Shown here: piece after piece, positions 19,860-30,263 of the stretch
How positions within the stretch are numbered: position 1 is the stretch's first letter
Layout of the letters: every line of letters starts with the position of its first letter
Source: an uncultured Verrucomicrobiae bacterium
GTDB lineage: Bacteria; Chlamydiota; Chlamydiia; Chlamydiales; Rhabdochlamydiaceae
Direction of reading: 5' to 3'
DNA length: 64,000 nucleotides
Assembly (NCBI GenBank): GCA_963806855.1
Contig: CAWDYW010000001.1
Location: forward strand, 768,001 to 832,000
The notes under the pieces: generated by a model
Seen by the model: only the letters and a program-made list of their open reading frames with translations
What the model was told of the DNA's origin: nothing
Databases searched by the model: none
Program-made: the position numbers and the translations under genes

Positions 19860-20725
19860 TTACCCTTCTTTTTGGGAGGTTCATATTGCTGCATGATCTG
19901 CTCGAATAAATCCTTATCTCCCAAAGAATAGGTAGACACAGGAACATTCTCAGTAGGGGCAACTAGCTTCAGATAATCAGCAAATTTCAGAGTTTTCCCT
20001 GAGCGCTTTGCCTCATTTACCCACTGCTGAAAATCGGCATCCGAACTCGCCTTAGCAGTGAATGTCATCCCGGCAAACCCTGTGCCGCTGATATTCGATG
20101 AGAGCCCTCTATAAGAGCCCGCCTCATCGGCAATCAGATGCAATTTGGTCCGCATAGCGGGCATCGCATAAATTTGTCCTCCCAGCTGCGGAATCCAAAA
20201 CGAATTCATCGGGGCGTCAGCCGTAATCTCAAAGTTGACCGGCGTCTTTTCAGGAAATTGGACAAAATTGACCGTCGCGATTCCCTGCTCAGGATAGATG
20301 AAGAGCCATTTCCACTGCAGAGCGACAACCTGAATTTGAATTGCCTTTTTATCTGACTCAAGAGGTTTGAATGGGTTGAGTTCGTGACTTGATTTCCAGC
20401 AAATGACCGCCAGCACAGCGACAATGACCAGTGGAACGCCCCACCAACAATACTCGACAATGTAGTTGTGTTCCCATTCTGGATCATGCCTGGCATCGCG
20501 ACCTGCCCGATATTTCCATGCAAAGAACCAAGTCAAAATATAGACCGGAACCACCACAATCAACATCAACAGCGAAGCAGTGTTGATGAGATCGGCCTCT
20601 TTCATGCCGATCCACCCCTTCGGGTCCAATACGACGATATCGCTTGTCAGGATAAAGTAGGTACTAGCTGCGATTGCACCGAGACAAATGAGTACGATTA
20701 ATGCAACCTTGAACGATTTCTTCAT
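19856..20725 (-). CDS. cyoA: Cytochrome bo3 ubiquinol oxidase subunit II
   Basis: LDPKG, WKWLFIYP, MNSFWIPQLGGQIYAM; no CuA cysteines. Confidence 0.95.
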   Translation of the reverse strand: MKKSFKVALIVLICLGAIAASTYFILTSDIVVLDPKGWIGMKEADLINTASLLMLIVVVPVYILTWFFAWKYRAGRDARHDPEWEHNYIVEYCWWGVPLVIVAVLAVICWKSSHELNPFKPLESDKKAIQIQVVALQWKWLFIYPEQGIATVNFVQFPEKTPVNFEITADAPMNSFWIPQLGGQIYAMPAMRTKLHLIADEAGSYRGLSSNISGTGFAGMTFTAKASSDADFQQWVNEAKRSGKTLKFADYLKLVAPTENVPVSTYSLGDKDLFEQIMQQYEPPKKKGK

Positions 20726-20763
20726 CCCACCCTTTTACAAAAAACAGGATGTTTTGTCTACAA

Positions 20764-21351
20764 TTAATGATTAGAGAGCTTCAACCCTTCCATGAGAGAA
20801 CTTTTATATTCCTCCATAGAAGATAACCCCATCGACATTCTTCTCTGATCTAACGCCTCAGGATCCTCCACCGGATGGAGAACCAGTTTGCCATTTTCGG
20901 TTTTCCATTGAGTCCCATAGAGCTGCAGCCCGCCCTGATTTTTTCTCACCCGATCGATTAAAAAGGCCAAATCCTCACGAGAGGCTTCCCCTTTTTGCAC
21001 CGCCTCATCTAGAAGCCGTAAACATTCCATTTGCAGCTCTAAATCCCGATCTTGATGCTGAACGAGAAGCCAGAAGGCATTTGATCCCTCTTTACCTACG
21101 AGCGAAATGCCCGGCCAACCATATTGCTGAATTGTTTCCCTAATCAGCCTATTATGACCTCGATCAATTTCCCCAATCGAGGCTTCGATTTCAGCAGGGA
21201 TCTGATTCTCAAGCGACCCATTTAAAGCCTCGATTATTTTGTAGCGAGCCAGCTGATCTTTTTCCTGCGCAGCAAAGATCTCCTTTTGTAGACATTCGTT
21301 GAAGTAATTAAATAAAAAAGTTGTCGATATTAGAATTAACGCATTAAACAT
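20764..21351 (-). CDS. DUF6624-like protein
   Basis: YGWPGISLVG, AFWLLVQHQD, DRVR...QLYGTQ, DQRRMSMGL. Confidence 0.7.
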   Translation of the reverse strand: MFNALILISTTFLFNYFNECLQKEIFAAQEKDQLARYKIIEALNGSLENQIPAEIEASIGEIDRGHNRLIRETIQQYGWPGISLVGKEGSNAFWLLVQHQDRDLELQMECLRLLDEAVQKGEASREDLAFLIDRVRKNQGGLQLYGTQWKTENGKLVLHPVEDPEALDQRRMSMGLSSMEEYKSSLMEGLKLSNH

Positions 21352-21405
21352 GATGATATAATAAGATATTGAGATACTATAATTAAATTATATTAATTAT
21401 TATAA

Positions 21406-21434
21406 TTGACTTATAAGCATAAATTATATAAAAT
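21406..21434 (+). promoter_or_regulatory. Sigma70-type promoter
   Basis: TTGACT-N17-TAAAAT in AT-rich divergent intergenic region. Confidence 0.5.
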
Positions 21435-21448
21435 AAAATGCAGAATTA

Positions 21449-22303
21449 ATGATAAGGAGAATAATAGTGCCAGTTTCTAATGAAATGTATAAATTAGTCG
21501 TTAACAATTTTAATTGCCCAGATTTTCATACATGCGAGGTTGTAGAGAGTCTGGATGCATGTAAAAAATTGAAAGATACTGTCTGCCAAACCGTAAAAAC
21601 AAGTTTTGAGAATCTGGCTAGTGGTAAGAAGTTCCCAGGTCCAGATCAAATGATGTCTATAATCTATCATCAATCAGCTGAAGAGATGAGCAAATATCTG
21701 CATGCAAATGCTCCCACAATCGCGGCAGTTGGCCTTGGGGTAGGGATCACAGCATTAGGCATCTACGGTCTACATAAGATCATGACTGCAGGCTCTAAAT
21801 CATTACAAACCACCGATCGAGGCGCGCTATTGAAAGGGCTAAAGAAGGCAGAGGTTACTGTTGGCCATTGGAATGGAAGACATCTCAATATAGAAGGGCT
21901 TGGAGTCGCGACATTCAACCAAGTTTCTAGCTGTATCGAGCAGCTCTATTTGGAATCTGTGCAATTCATGCGCGACAGACAAGAGTCGTATGATAAGACA
22001 AAGAGACCAAAGCTTTCATTAGTAGTCTCGCTACTCAATGCTGTCGTTCATGCACTCACTCCTCCTCCCCAGGTAACGAAAAATGAGGAACAACAAGTTC
22101 GCGATGCAATGAAGTGGCAAAGCGAGACCAGCGTCGAGTTGAATCGCCTTTTTGAGACAAGCCAAAATCAACTGAATCAGACAGGAAAATTAAACAGGGT
22201 CTGGGATAGAGCATTAGATAAGATCAGTTCATGGAGAGCCCTTCCAAATAACGATACAGAGATTCTAGAGGCGATGGTAAAACAACGCCCCAGCTGGTGG
22301 TAG
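21449..22303 (+). CDS. Hypothetical protein with one central TM segment
   Basis: 284-aa ORF; TIAAVGLGVGITALGIYGL; true start may be 21467 or later. Confidence 0.6.
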   Translation: MIRRIIVPVSNEMYKLVVNNFNCPDFHTCEVVESLDACKKLKDTVCQTVKTSFENLASGKKFPGPDQMMSIIYHQSAEEMSKYLHANAPTIAAVGLGVGITALGIYGLHKIMTAGSKSLQTTDRGALLKGLKKAEVTVGHWNGRHLNIEGLGVATFNQVSSCIEQLYLESVQFMRDRQESYDKTKRPKLSLVVSLLNAVVHALTPPPQVTKNEEQQVRDAMKWQSETSVELNRLFETSQNQLNQTGKLNRVWDRALDKISSWRALPNNDTEILEAMVKQRPSWW

Positions 22304-22451
22304 ATCTCTAAATCAATGATGGAGCCCTTTTCTTCATACGACCATTTCGACACATCGTATTTTAGTCGCACCAAATTACGACACATCGCTTTTTGGTCGG
22401 ATTTAAGTTCTTGGTTTAAAGTTAGTTAAAAAATGCAGCGCGCTTACTTTG

Positions 22452-22889
22452 CTAGTCGCCGAGCAATTGATCAGCCAATTCCTTGGCCAGCTTCCCGTCA
22501 ATGCTATTATTGAGCATCTTCAGGCTCTTCATCACCATGCCGATATCCTTCTTTGATTTGGCGCCAGACTCAGCAATCGCCTGCTGCACCAGCTTTTTGG
22601 TCTCCTCAGGGGAGAGGGCCTTGGGCAAGAACTCTTGAATGATGCTCAGCTCAGCTTTCAGCTCCTCGGCCGCTTCGCTTCGATTGGCAGCTTGGGCCTG
22701 CTCGAGCGCCTCTTGCAAGTTGCCATAGTAGGTTTTGAAGAGCTTGATCACTTCAGTGTCAGGAAGATTCGAGCGAGCATCGACAGCTAAAATTTTGGAC
22801 TTGAGCATCCGCAATACGTTGAGCCTAACCATATCGCGGCTCTTCATTGCTTCTTTGATCCCTTCATTGATTTTTTCTGGTAACGACAT
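22452..22889 (-). CDS. GatB/YqeY domain protein
   Basis: IKEAMKSRD...LRMLKS, EFLPKALS, DIGMVM, DGK. Confidence 0.85.
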   Translation of the reverse strand: MSLPEKINEGIKEAMKSRDMVRLNVLRMLKSKILAVDARSNLPDTEVIKLFKTYYGNLQEALEQAQAANRSEAAEELKAELSIIQEFLPKALSPEETKKLVQQAIAESGAKSKKDIGMVMKSLKMLNNSIDGKLAKELADQLLGD

Positions 22890-22941
22890 TGCCTGCCTCG
22901 ATTTTTCTCCTAGCATCGCAGATTGGAGAGTTTTTTGCTAT

Positions 22942-24480
22942 CTAACGTCGTTTGCGGCCGTTCAATCCTAAAACACCCAAGAGACCTCTGGTCGCCTCGC
23001 GGACAAAGGTTCTTCCGACTTGTCTGGCAAATTTGCTTTCCACAACTTCTTCAAGGGTCGATTTTTTTGGCTTACCCTTACCCGCTTTTGGCTCTTCTTT
23101 TCCTTCCTGCTCCATTTTTTTAGCATGGAATTCCTTGATCTTAGCGGTCAATATCTCGTAGGCGCTCTCTGAGTCGATCACCTGATTGTATTTCTTGACC
23201 AGCGGTGAATCACTCGTCATCTCTTCGATTTCTGCGTTAGAAAGAACCCCAATCCACGAGGAAGGGGAGCAAAGAAGGGTCGCCACTAATGGAGTGGGCT
23301 TTCCGCTTTCGCTCAGTACAGTGACCAGCGCCTCTCCAATCCCTAAAGAGGTGAGCAGTTCTGCTGTATCATAGTAGTCGGAGATGGGGAAATTCTCCGC
23401 TGCGAGCTTAATCGATTTGCGATCTTTTGCAGTAAAGGCCCGTAGAGAGTGTTGGATTTTTAGGCCGAGCTGACTCAATATCGACGCCGGAATATCGATC
23501 GGGTTTTGTGTGCAGAAAATGATGCCGACTCCTTTAGAGCGGATCAGCTTAATAATCGATTCAATTTGATCTAAAAGTGCCTTAGAAGCCTCTTCGAAGA
23601 TCAGATGCGCCTCGTCAATAAAAATGACCAGTTTCGGCTTATCTAGATCTCCCTCCTCTGGAAAGGTGGAATAAATCTGCCCCAGCAAGGCGAGCATGAA
23701 TGTGGAAAAGAGCTTAGGTTTATCTTGAATGTCGACCAATCGCAAGATCGAGATGGTGCCAAGACCATTTTTCGTTCTTAAAAGATCATCCACTTCGAAT
23801 GATTTTTCTCCAAAGAACTCGTCTGCTCCTTGTTGCTCCAATTCAATCACTTTTCGTAAGATGATCCCTGTCGTGCTACTGGAAATTTTCCCATACTGCG
23901 CTTCGATCTCCTCTTTCCCTTCATCAGTGATGTATTGCATGGTTTTCTTGAGATCCTTCAAATCGAGAAGGGGAAGCTTGTTGTCGTCGCAGTATTTGAA
24001 GATGATGGCAATCACACCGGCCTGAGTGTCGTTAAGCCCAAGAATTTTGGAAAGAAGAATGGGCCCAAATTCAGAAACAGTGGCTCTTAGTCTCGTCCCT
24101 TTTTCTTTAGAGAGTGTAAGGAACTCCACAGGGTACCCTTTCGCTTTGAAGGGAACTCCAATATGACTTTGCCTCTCTTCGATTTTGGGCTGTTTTTTCC
24201 CAGCTTTGGCAATCCCACTGAGATCGCCCTTGATATCCATTAACAAGACAGGAATCCCCTGAGAGGATAATTCTCCGGCAAGCAGTTGCAGGGTCATCGT
24301 TTTCCCTGTCCCCGTAGCCCCGCAGATGAGTCCGTGCCGATTGAGAGTCTTTAGTGGGACACTTACCCTCGCTTCCTTAAAGCACTGCCCATCGAGCAGC
24401 CCTGCACCTAAAGTGATAGCATCTCCTTTTGTCTGGTATGCCTTCTTTATCGCGTCTGCGAATTTTTCACGTTTTGCCAT
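22942..24480 (-). CDS. DUF853 / YjgR-like HerA-family ATPase
   Basis: NRHGLICGATGTGKT, RATVSEFGP, FIDEAHLIF, RSKGVG, TQNP. Confidence 0.9.
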   Translation of the reverse strand: MAKREKFADAIKKAYQTKGDAITLGAGLLDGQCFKEARVSVPLKTLNRHGLICGATGTGKTMTLQLLAGELSSQGIPVLLMDIKGDLSGIAKAGKKQPKIEERQSHIGVPFKAKGYPVEFLTLSKEKGTRLRATVSEFGPILLSKILGLNDTQAGVIAIIFKYCDDNKLPLLDLKDLKKTMQYITDEGKEEIEAQYGKISSSTTGIILRKVIELEQQGADEFFGEKSFEVDDLLRTKNGLGTISILRLVDIQDKPKLFSTFMLALLGQIYSTFPEEGDLDKPKLVIFIDEAHLIFEEASKALLDQIESIIKLIRSKGVGIIFCTQNPIDIPASILSQLGLKIQHSLRAFTAKDRKSIKLAAENFPISDYYDTAELLTSLGIGEALVTVLSESGKPTPLVATLLCSPSSWIGVLSNAEIEEMTSDSPLVKKYNQVIDSESAYEILTAKIKEFHAKKMEQEGKEEPKAGKGKPKKSTLEEVVESKFARQVGRTFVREATRGLLGVLGLNGRKRR

Positions 24481-24781
24481 TAAATCGCCCTATGGTTTTT
24501 CCTTATACATAAGGCGATGAACTCTTTTAGTCAAATGCCTTGAAAAAATTAACACACCCAAATATAACTAATTGCTTTTCATGGAGGTTTTATATGACAT
24601 TTTCATTAACTCATAGCAATAATCAAGACCTTCCCGCTCAAGTAAGAAATAATCCTATACTAGGAGCAACAATTCCATTTGCGACTAGGGCGATTGTTGA
24701 ACTCTGAGCGTGGAGAGATCTGAAGTATTTTGACGGGTCTTTAAACATAGGACATCGAGTGAACAATCAAAGCCTAAGAAC

Positions 24782-24812
24782 AAAAAACTCCGCAAAATGC
24801 GGAGTTTTTTTT
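24782..24812. terminator. Bidirectional intrinsic terminator
   Basis: AAAAAACTCCGCA-aaa-TGCGGAGTTTTTTTT. Confidence 0.75.
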
Positions 24813-24819
24813 ATCAATT

Positions 24820-25189
24820 ATTTCGGAAAATTTCATCCTTCTTTGCCATGATGCGCGCGCTATCGTAAAATAGCTGAATCCTGACAATGAGACCATCGCG
24901 AAAATTTAGCATGGAAGCTCCGGGAAATCTTTTGCATCCACGGGATATCGACATCGTAAACGACTATTGCTTGATCTCCTTCACCAAATTTAGCGCGTAT
25001 CGTAAGCGACTTAAAGGAATTCATAAAGTGATAAGTCGCCTCGATGACGGCTTCTTTTCCCTTCAAATTGCCAGAGGGCCGAAAAATTCCACATGCGGAT
25101 GGAGGATACTTTTTGAATCCTCTTCTGATATTTTTTTCTCCTACTAGAGTGTAATACTTTGCAGCTCGTGCTGTATGATTTTTTTCCAT
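24820..25189 (-). pseudogene. Frameshifted SnoaL/NTF2-like protein
   Basis: YYTLVGEKN...KGKEAVIEA...IRAKFGEGDQAIVVYD; several frame breaks. Confidence 0.55.
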
Positions 25190-25292
25190 AACAAATTCCT
25201 TTATTTTGACATCTGCCATTGAATATAGTACCATATATCCAATATGAATTCAGTATAGCAGACTATATTGATTATAGCAAGGTATATCCAAA

Positions 25293-25906
25293 TGGAGAAA
25301 AACAAAAAAAGATCTTACATCTCTGAAACCGGGATACCCAGGCTGCACAGACGCGGTCCGCTATCTTGGAAGCTGCCAAGAAACTCTTTCAACCCGAGGG
25401 TTCGATCGTGTCACGATCAATATATTAGCGCAGCTGCGGAAGTTTCCATGCCAACGATTTATGCCCTATTTAAATCTAAAAGAGGGGTACTTCAATCTTT
25501 GATCGATGATGCCCTCCCTCCCGAACAAATGCTGGCTTGTTGACAACTCGATGCAGGAAAAGTCTCCCAAGACACGCCTCGGCATTACCGCCAAGATTGC
25601 ACGGCAAATCTATGATGCTGAAAGAGATCTGATGGACATTTTACGCGGCGCATCCGTCGTTGCACCTGAATTCAAAGAACTCGAAATGGAAAGGGAAAAA
25701 CGGCGCTATGAAAGGCAGGGAGAATATGTTAAAAAGTTGATGAACAAAAGTCTCTGGCTAGAGGATTAACTCTTAAAAAAGCACGCGATATCCTCTGGGC
25801 ACTGACTGGCCGCGACATGTACCGAATGCTTGTTTTAGAGAAAGAATGGACCCCCGATGAATACGAACAGTGGCTGCGCAGATTTTTAATTAAATCTCTT
25901 CTATAG
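25293..25906 (+). pseudogene. Frameshifted TetR-family regulator, divergent from the SnoaL-like gene
   Basis: AAEVSMPTIYALFKSKRGVL HTH; C-terminal parts in other frames. Confidence 0.7.
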
Positions 25907-25988
25907 TAAATTAATTATTTTATTTCCATGTTTTATTGATTTTAATTATATTTTTTAGTATAATTATTATAAATAATAATGGAGATCT

Positions 25989-26609
25989 ATGAGTTCTTTA
26001 CCTGTCAGCCGGCAATGTTGTTTCTCTTGGGATGCGAATATCACAAGACTCAAGCATTTTGTTGAAGGTACAGCCGTTTCCTCTCTCACCCTTGTTGGGA
26101 ATTTGGGGTTAAGTTATGCCGCAAACTATCTTAAGCTAATCCCTGATGATCCCTGCCTTTATTGGGATGCATTTTATAAGACTTTCCCGAAAGGCTCTAT
26201 CCCTCAGCATTTAGCTTGGAAAGTATTTTCCATTAATGCTGTGATCATTGGGGGCATCGGGGAAGAATTGGTCTTTCGTGGTGTTATTCAGGATTTGCTG
26301 CTTAAAAAACTGCTCGGTAAGGTGATAGAAAAGGTTTCTCCTGGCAATGCTGCTTGGACAAATGGCAAGACAGCGAAAATCTCGCGGATCGTCATTGCAT
26401 CCGTCCTATTTGGTGCACTTCATCTTGTGACACCGACTAAAGAAATCCCTTTAGCCATCGCACTTCAAGCTTTTAACGCTTTATTCCTAGGAGCTATTTT
26501 AGGGGCTGTAAAAGAATCGCGCTTAGGGCTAATTGGAAGTATTGGATGCCATATGATGCATAATGCGGCTTGTGCAACACAAATTTATGCTCAATGTGTC
26601 TCTGATTAA
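25989..26609 (+). CDS. CPBP (Abi/CAAX) intramembrane protease
   Basis: GEELVFRGVIQ, LFGALH, HMMHN. Confidence 0.85.
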   Translation: MSSLPVSRQCCFSWDANITRLKHFVEGTAVSSLTLVGNLGLSYAANYLKLIPDDPCLYWDAFYKTFPKGSIPQHLAWKVFSINAVIIGGIGEELVFRGVIQDLLLKKLLGKVIEKVSPGNAAWTNGKTAKISRIVIASVLFGALHLVTPTKEIPLAIALQAFNALFLGAILGAVKESRLGLIGSIGCHMMHNAACATQIYAQCVSD

Positions 26610-26647
26610 AAAAATTTATAATCCAGAAAAATAAGTAAAAACTACGG

Positions 26648-26676
26648 TTGGCTGTGCTGATTTGATCAGGTATAAT
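26648..26676 (+). promoter_or_regulatory. Sigma70-type promoter for cupin-LuxR pair
   Basis: TTGGCT-N17-TATAAT; implies start at ATG 26708 (GGAGG RBS). Confidence 0.55.
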
Positions 26677-26707
26677 GTCCTCCATTATATGCAACATGGA
26701 GGTCAAA

Positions 26708-27403
26708 ATGTTAGCAGTATTACCATCAAATAATCCCTTTATGCGTTCTTTTGAGAATGTCGAATCTCGAGTCATCTTAGATACAAAGGATCAGTTCATA
26801 TCCGAGATTGAGATTGCACCTGGAAAGTGCTTTGAGGCAAGCCAAGAACAGGGGCGAGAAGAAACCGTGACCGTGATCCAGGGAACGGGAGCGCTTGAAA
26901 TTGGAGATGAATCTCATGAAGTTTCTCCAACTTGTCTTCTAAAATTAGTCGCTAATAAAACGCATAAAATTTTCAACAGGTCTAAGGAGGCAATCAAGCT
27001 TTGCTATGCCAGTACCCCCTCAGATAATCCTAGTGAGGAGATCTATATTAGACGTAAAGAAGGGTGTTATGAAATTAAGACAGGTAATAGAGAGCGGATT
27101 TGCGAGCTTTTTGGCATTTATGGAAATGGGCCGGCGAAAAGTCATAGCGTTGCCCTAGTTGAGATTGACCAAGGAGGGGGCTCATCTCCACATGTTCATC
27201 CTGTAGTAGAGGAGAGCTATGTGATCATTGATGGATCTGCTAAACTGGTAGTCGGTGAAAAAACCTTGTTTCCGAAGGCGGGAGAAGCGGTAGCCATCCC
27301 AGTAGGGGTTCGTCATCAAATAACAAACATTGGAGATAGCGTGCTCAGATTTATCGCTGTGGTCACTCCGCCATGGACCCAAGAATGTGGAATCTATGAA
27401 TAA
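26708..27403 (+). CDS. Bicupin protein
   Basis: Two cupin barrels; second has HVHPVVEESY...HQITN. Confidence 0.8.
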   Translation: MLAVLPSNNPFMRSFENVESRVILDTKDQFISEIEIAPGKCFEASQEQGREETVTVIQGTGALEIGDESHEVSPTCLLKLVANKTHKIFNRSKEAIKLCYASTPSDNPSEEIYIRRKEGCYEIKTGNRERICELFGIYGNGPAKSHSVALVEIDQGGGSSPHVHPVVEESYVIIDGSAKLVVGEKTLFPKAGEAVAIPVGVRHQITNIGDSVLRFIAVVTPPWTQECGIYE

Positions 27404-28223
27404 GAATATTTACGATGAAATTGGAGTTGTAGCGAAAAGGAATTATCAAAGGATTTCCAATTTCACTCAGCAACTCAAATTATCGCTTGGGATAGATCGA
27501 TTTTGGCGTAATTTTCATCGAATGGATGGCTCCTATTCAGTTTTGGGAAATTATCCTCCATTGGCGGAGGTGTTTTTTGGCCAAAATCTCTATATGGGCC
27601 ACCCATTTTTCCGCAATCCCCGCTTTTTTTCTTCCGGTTATTTGCTTCCTGAGCTTCTAAATCAAAGAGATTACGATGAAACGCAGGGGAGATTAAAAGA
27701 TGGGGGAGATTGCTACCATGTCATGATCTATTTGGTTAAGCACCCTCATGGGGTGACCGAGTATGGTTTTGCCTCAAGTATCTATCGCCCTGGCTTTGAA
27801 TCGATCTATCTAAATTCCCATCAATTGATCATGCGGTTTATCGACGCTTTTGATCAGAATTTTATAGATGACATCAGAGAGGCTGATGAGCGTAGAATCA
27901 ACATTGCCGAATTGATTGGCAAAAAATATCATGACAAGCCAGATCTTCCGAAAACGATACTGGCTCCCGATGAGGAGTTTCAATTTCTTGCCGCATTAGA
28001 AATCAATCCAGATAAAAAGAAAGGGCTTCTGACTTTAACCGAATCGGAAAGAGTCTGTTTGCGCCATTATCTGCATGGAGGCACAACAAAAGAGATCGCA
28101 AAAAAACTGTTTCGCTCACCTAGGACAATCGAAACACATCTTGAACATGCCAAAGGTAAGCTCTGTGTGAATACCCGCTCTAAGCTATTCGACGCTCTGA
28201 TCTCTTATAAAGATTCAATTTAA
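27396..28223 (+). CDS. LuxR-family HTH regulator
   Basis: LTESERVCL...GGTTKEIAKKLFRSPRTIETHLEHAKGKL. Confidence 0.85.
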   Translation: MNKNIYDEIGVVAKRNYQRISNFTQQLKLSLGIDRFWRNFHRMDGSYSVLGNYPPLAEVFFGQNLYMGHPFFRNPRFFSSGYLLPELLNQRDYDETQGRLKDGGDCYHVMIYLVKHPHGVTEYGFASSIYRPGFESIYLNSHQLIMRFIDAFDQNFIDDIREADERRINIAELIGKKYHDKPDLPKTILAPDEEFQFLAALEINPDKKKGLLTLTESERVCLRHYLHGGTTKEIAKKLFRSPRTIETHLEHAKGKLCVNTRSKLFDALISYKDSI

Positions 28224-28272
28224 AAATAAATCTATTGTTGAAGTCTATATTAATTAATAATATAATAATTAC

Positions 28273-29067
28273 GTGAATGTTATTAATAATACAGATTCAT
28301 TTCAAAAATCAATAATAGTGCCGCAGCCCGATAGCCCCTTACGGCCTCAGGTCAGCGAACTAATTAAAACTATTTTTAATGAAATTGTTGTGAGCACCGC
28401 AGCTGTAGGCGTTACCATTCTATTCGTGGCGACCCCGCAAGTGGCAATCTCCTTTATTGTCGTTACAGTGGCGATCTTAGCAATAAATATTTTAGCCAGA
28501 ATTTCCGCAATGGTTTTTCAAGAAAAGGGTCCCTTCAATGCCCCTGCGACAGCAGCCAAGCTGATCCCTCCCTTAACGTTTGGCCTCCTTTATGAGATAA
28601 CAGCCAATACTCTGGTTCACGAGGGTGGACATTATGCTGCTGCTATTTCAACATTCGCAAATTCTCATCCTGAAATCGTCATCGATGGTTTAACTGGAGG
28701 GAAGACCTTTTTAAACTTAGGTAGGGCATTCACCTCATTTGGGAAGTTCTTGGGGCCAGCAAATTCGATGATCCTCATTTGGGCCGGGGGCGCTCTTGCT
28801 GCAATGGTCCTTGCAACGATTGCGATTATTACAGGTCTTAAATTACGTGAAAAACATCCCGAGATAAGCAAATATATGCTTGTTGCAGGAGCCTTTTCAG
28901 TTGTTCAGCATGTCGTTGTAGCCCTTTCAGCGCTAACATCTAATCCATTAGGGGGTGCGGGTAACGATTTCTTATTCCTTTGGGGTTACGGCATACATCC
29001 GCTCATCTCGGTCATCTGCCTGATCGCCATTCCCACGATTGCCCTGATTGGTTATCTATTTGTTTAG
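28273..29067 (+). CDS. M50-like membrane metallopeptidase
   Basis: LVHEGGH, AGG, GNDF motif, multiple TM segments. Confidence 0.7.
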   Translation: MNVINNTDSFQKSIIVPQPDSPLRPQVSELIKTIFNEIVVSTAAVGVTILFVATPQVAISFIVVTVAILAINILARISAMVFQEKGPFNAPATAAKLIPPLTFGLLYEITANTLVHEGGHYAAAISTFANSHPEIVIDGLTGGKTFLNLGRAFTSFGKFLGPANSMILIWAGGALAAMVLATIAIITGLKLREKHPEISKYMLVAGAFSVVQHVVVALSALTSNPLGGAGNDFLFLWGYGIHPLISVICLIAIPTIALIGYLFV

Positions 29068-29185
29068 TCATGTCAATAGATTCCGTCTGGAATTAAAAGC
29101 GTCTTTATTAATTGTTAAAATGTCTTAATTCTGATATATTGTACGCGTTGTTTTTGTTAATAATATTAAAAAAGAGGTAAAAAAT

Positions 29186-30172
29186 ATGTCACAAGTATCA
29201 AATGCTCTCCCAATTGCTACAAGTTGGGTAAATTATCCAATTCAATTTTTAAATGATCTCGATCCAAAAATTGATGAAGGGTTTCCAGAAAATGTCCTTC
29301 AAAGAAAAATTGATGCCCTTGCAGTCCAAATTAAAGATAAATTATCTTCATGCAATGGCTTTGATGCTTGGCTTCAAGAGAACAATGCAACCGAGTGGTA
29401 TACGCAGCTTGCAACTTATCTCGTTAAACTCCCCCCTAAGGCGGCGTTAAATGTGATCAATGGCCTTTATAACCTGATTAGCCAAGCGCTCTATTTGGCA
29501 GTTCACCCTGTAAAGGGACTCAATGACCTTGCAAAAAGTGCTATTCTGCTCATCAATGAGCTGACAAAATCTGAGAATTGGGCAAAAATCGGCTCAGGAT
29601 CTATTGGCATGTTGACTGCGCAAGGATTGATTTTAGGTGGTCCAGTATCGCTCATCGGTCTTGGGATTGGCGGAGCGTTGATTGCCGGGGGCATTTGCGC
29701 AGAAACATTACCTGCATTTTTTGAAGCTCAAGAAGGGCAGGAACTCGATGCGCTTTCAGCCAAAATGAGAGAATATGCAAAGCGATTGCCTGAAGCCTTT
29801 CTAACGGGTGTTTTCTCTGGTCTTCTCATCGGCGGGATCAAACGAGCATTTTCAAGCTCGCGCCTGGGTGAAGTTAGAATAAGTACTCGGCCCGAATTTA
29901 CAAAGATCCCTGATGTGGCTCAATATAAGTGGGCAGATTGGAGCAATCTTGTAAAAATTGAACGTGGGATTACTCTTGAACAAGCACAAGCGATTGCAAG
30001 CAGTAATGCAGATATCGACTTCTTCTTCTTTACAAAAGGCTATCAAATGGTCTTAGAAAGCCAGGATTGGCAAAGTTTCAGAGTTTTTCAACAGGGCGAT
30101 GTGGCCTTTTTCTCTGGGGAGCCTTGGTGGGGTACTGCACCAGGACTTGCAGATGGCTATATCAAAATGTAG
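29186..30172 (+). CDS. Hypothetical protein with Gly-rich hydrophobic hairpin and aromatic C-terminal domain
   Basis: 328-aa ORF, GAGG RBS, own terminator. Confidence 0.65.
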   Translation: MSQVSNALPIATSWVNYPIQFLNDLDPKIDEGFPENVLQRKIDALAVQIKDKLSSCNGFDAWLQENNATEWYTQLATYLVKLPPKAALNVINGLYNLISQALYLAVHPVKGLNDLAKSAILLINELTKSENWAKIGSGSIGMLTAQGLILGGPVSLIGLGIGGALIAGGICAETLPAFFEAQEGQELDALSAKMREYAKRLPEAFLTGVFSGLLIGGIKRAFSSSRLGEVRISTRPEFTKIPDVAQYKWADWSNLVKIERGITLEQAQAIASSNADIDFFFFTKGYQMVLESQDWQSFRVFQQGDVAFFSGEPWWGTAPGLADGYIKM

Positions 30173-30192
30173 CAAGCGCTAGTCTACTTGTC

Positions 30193-30226
30193 AAAAGGGG
30201 GAGTGATTTCACTCCCCCTTTTTTTT
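30193..30226. terminator. Intrinsic terminator between convergent genes
   Basis: AAAAGGGGGAGTGA-tt-TCACTCCCCCTTTTTTTT. Confidence 0.8.
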
Positions 30227-30263
30227 GACCGTGCGGGATTTTTGGGGGCGTTTGGCTGCCCTA

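Noticed and set aside
22942..24480. HerA-type defence system
   Set aside because: Sequence fits the widespread DUF853/YjgR family and has no nuclease or sirtuin partner
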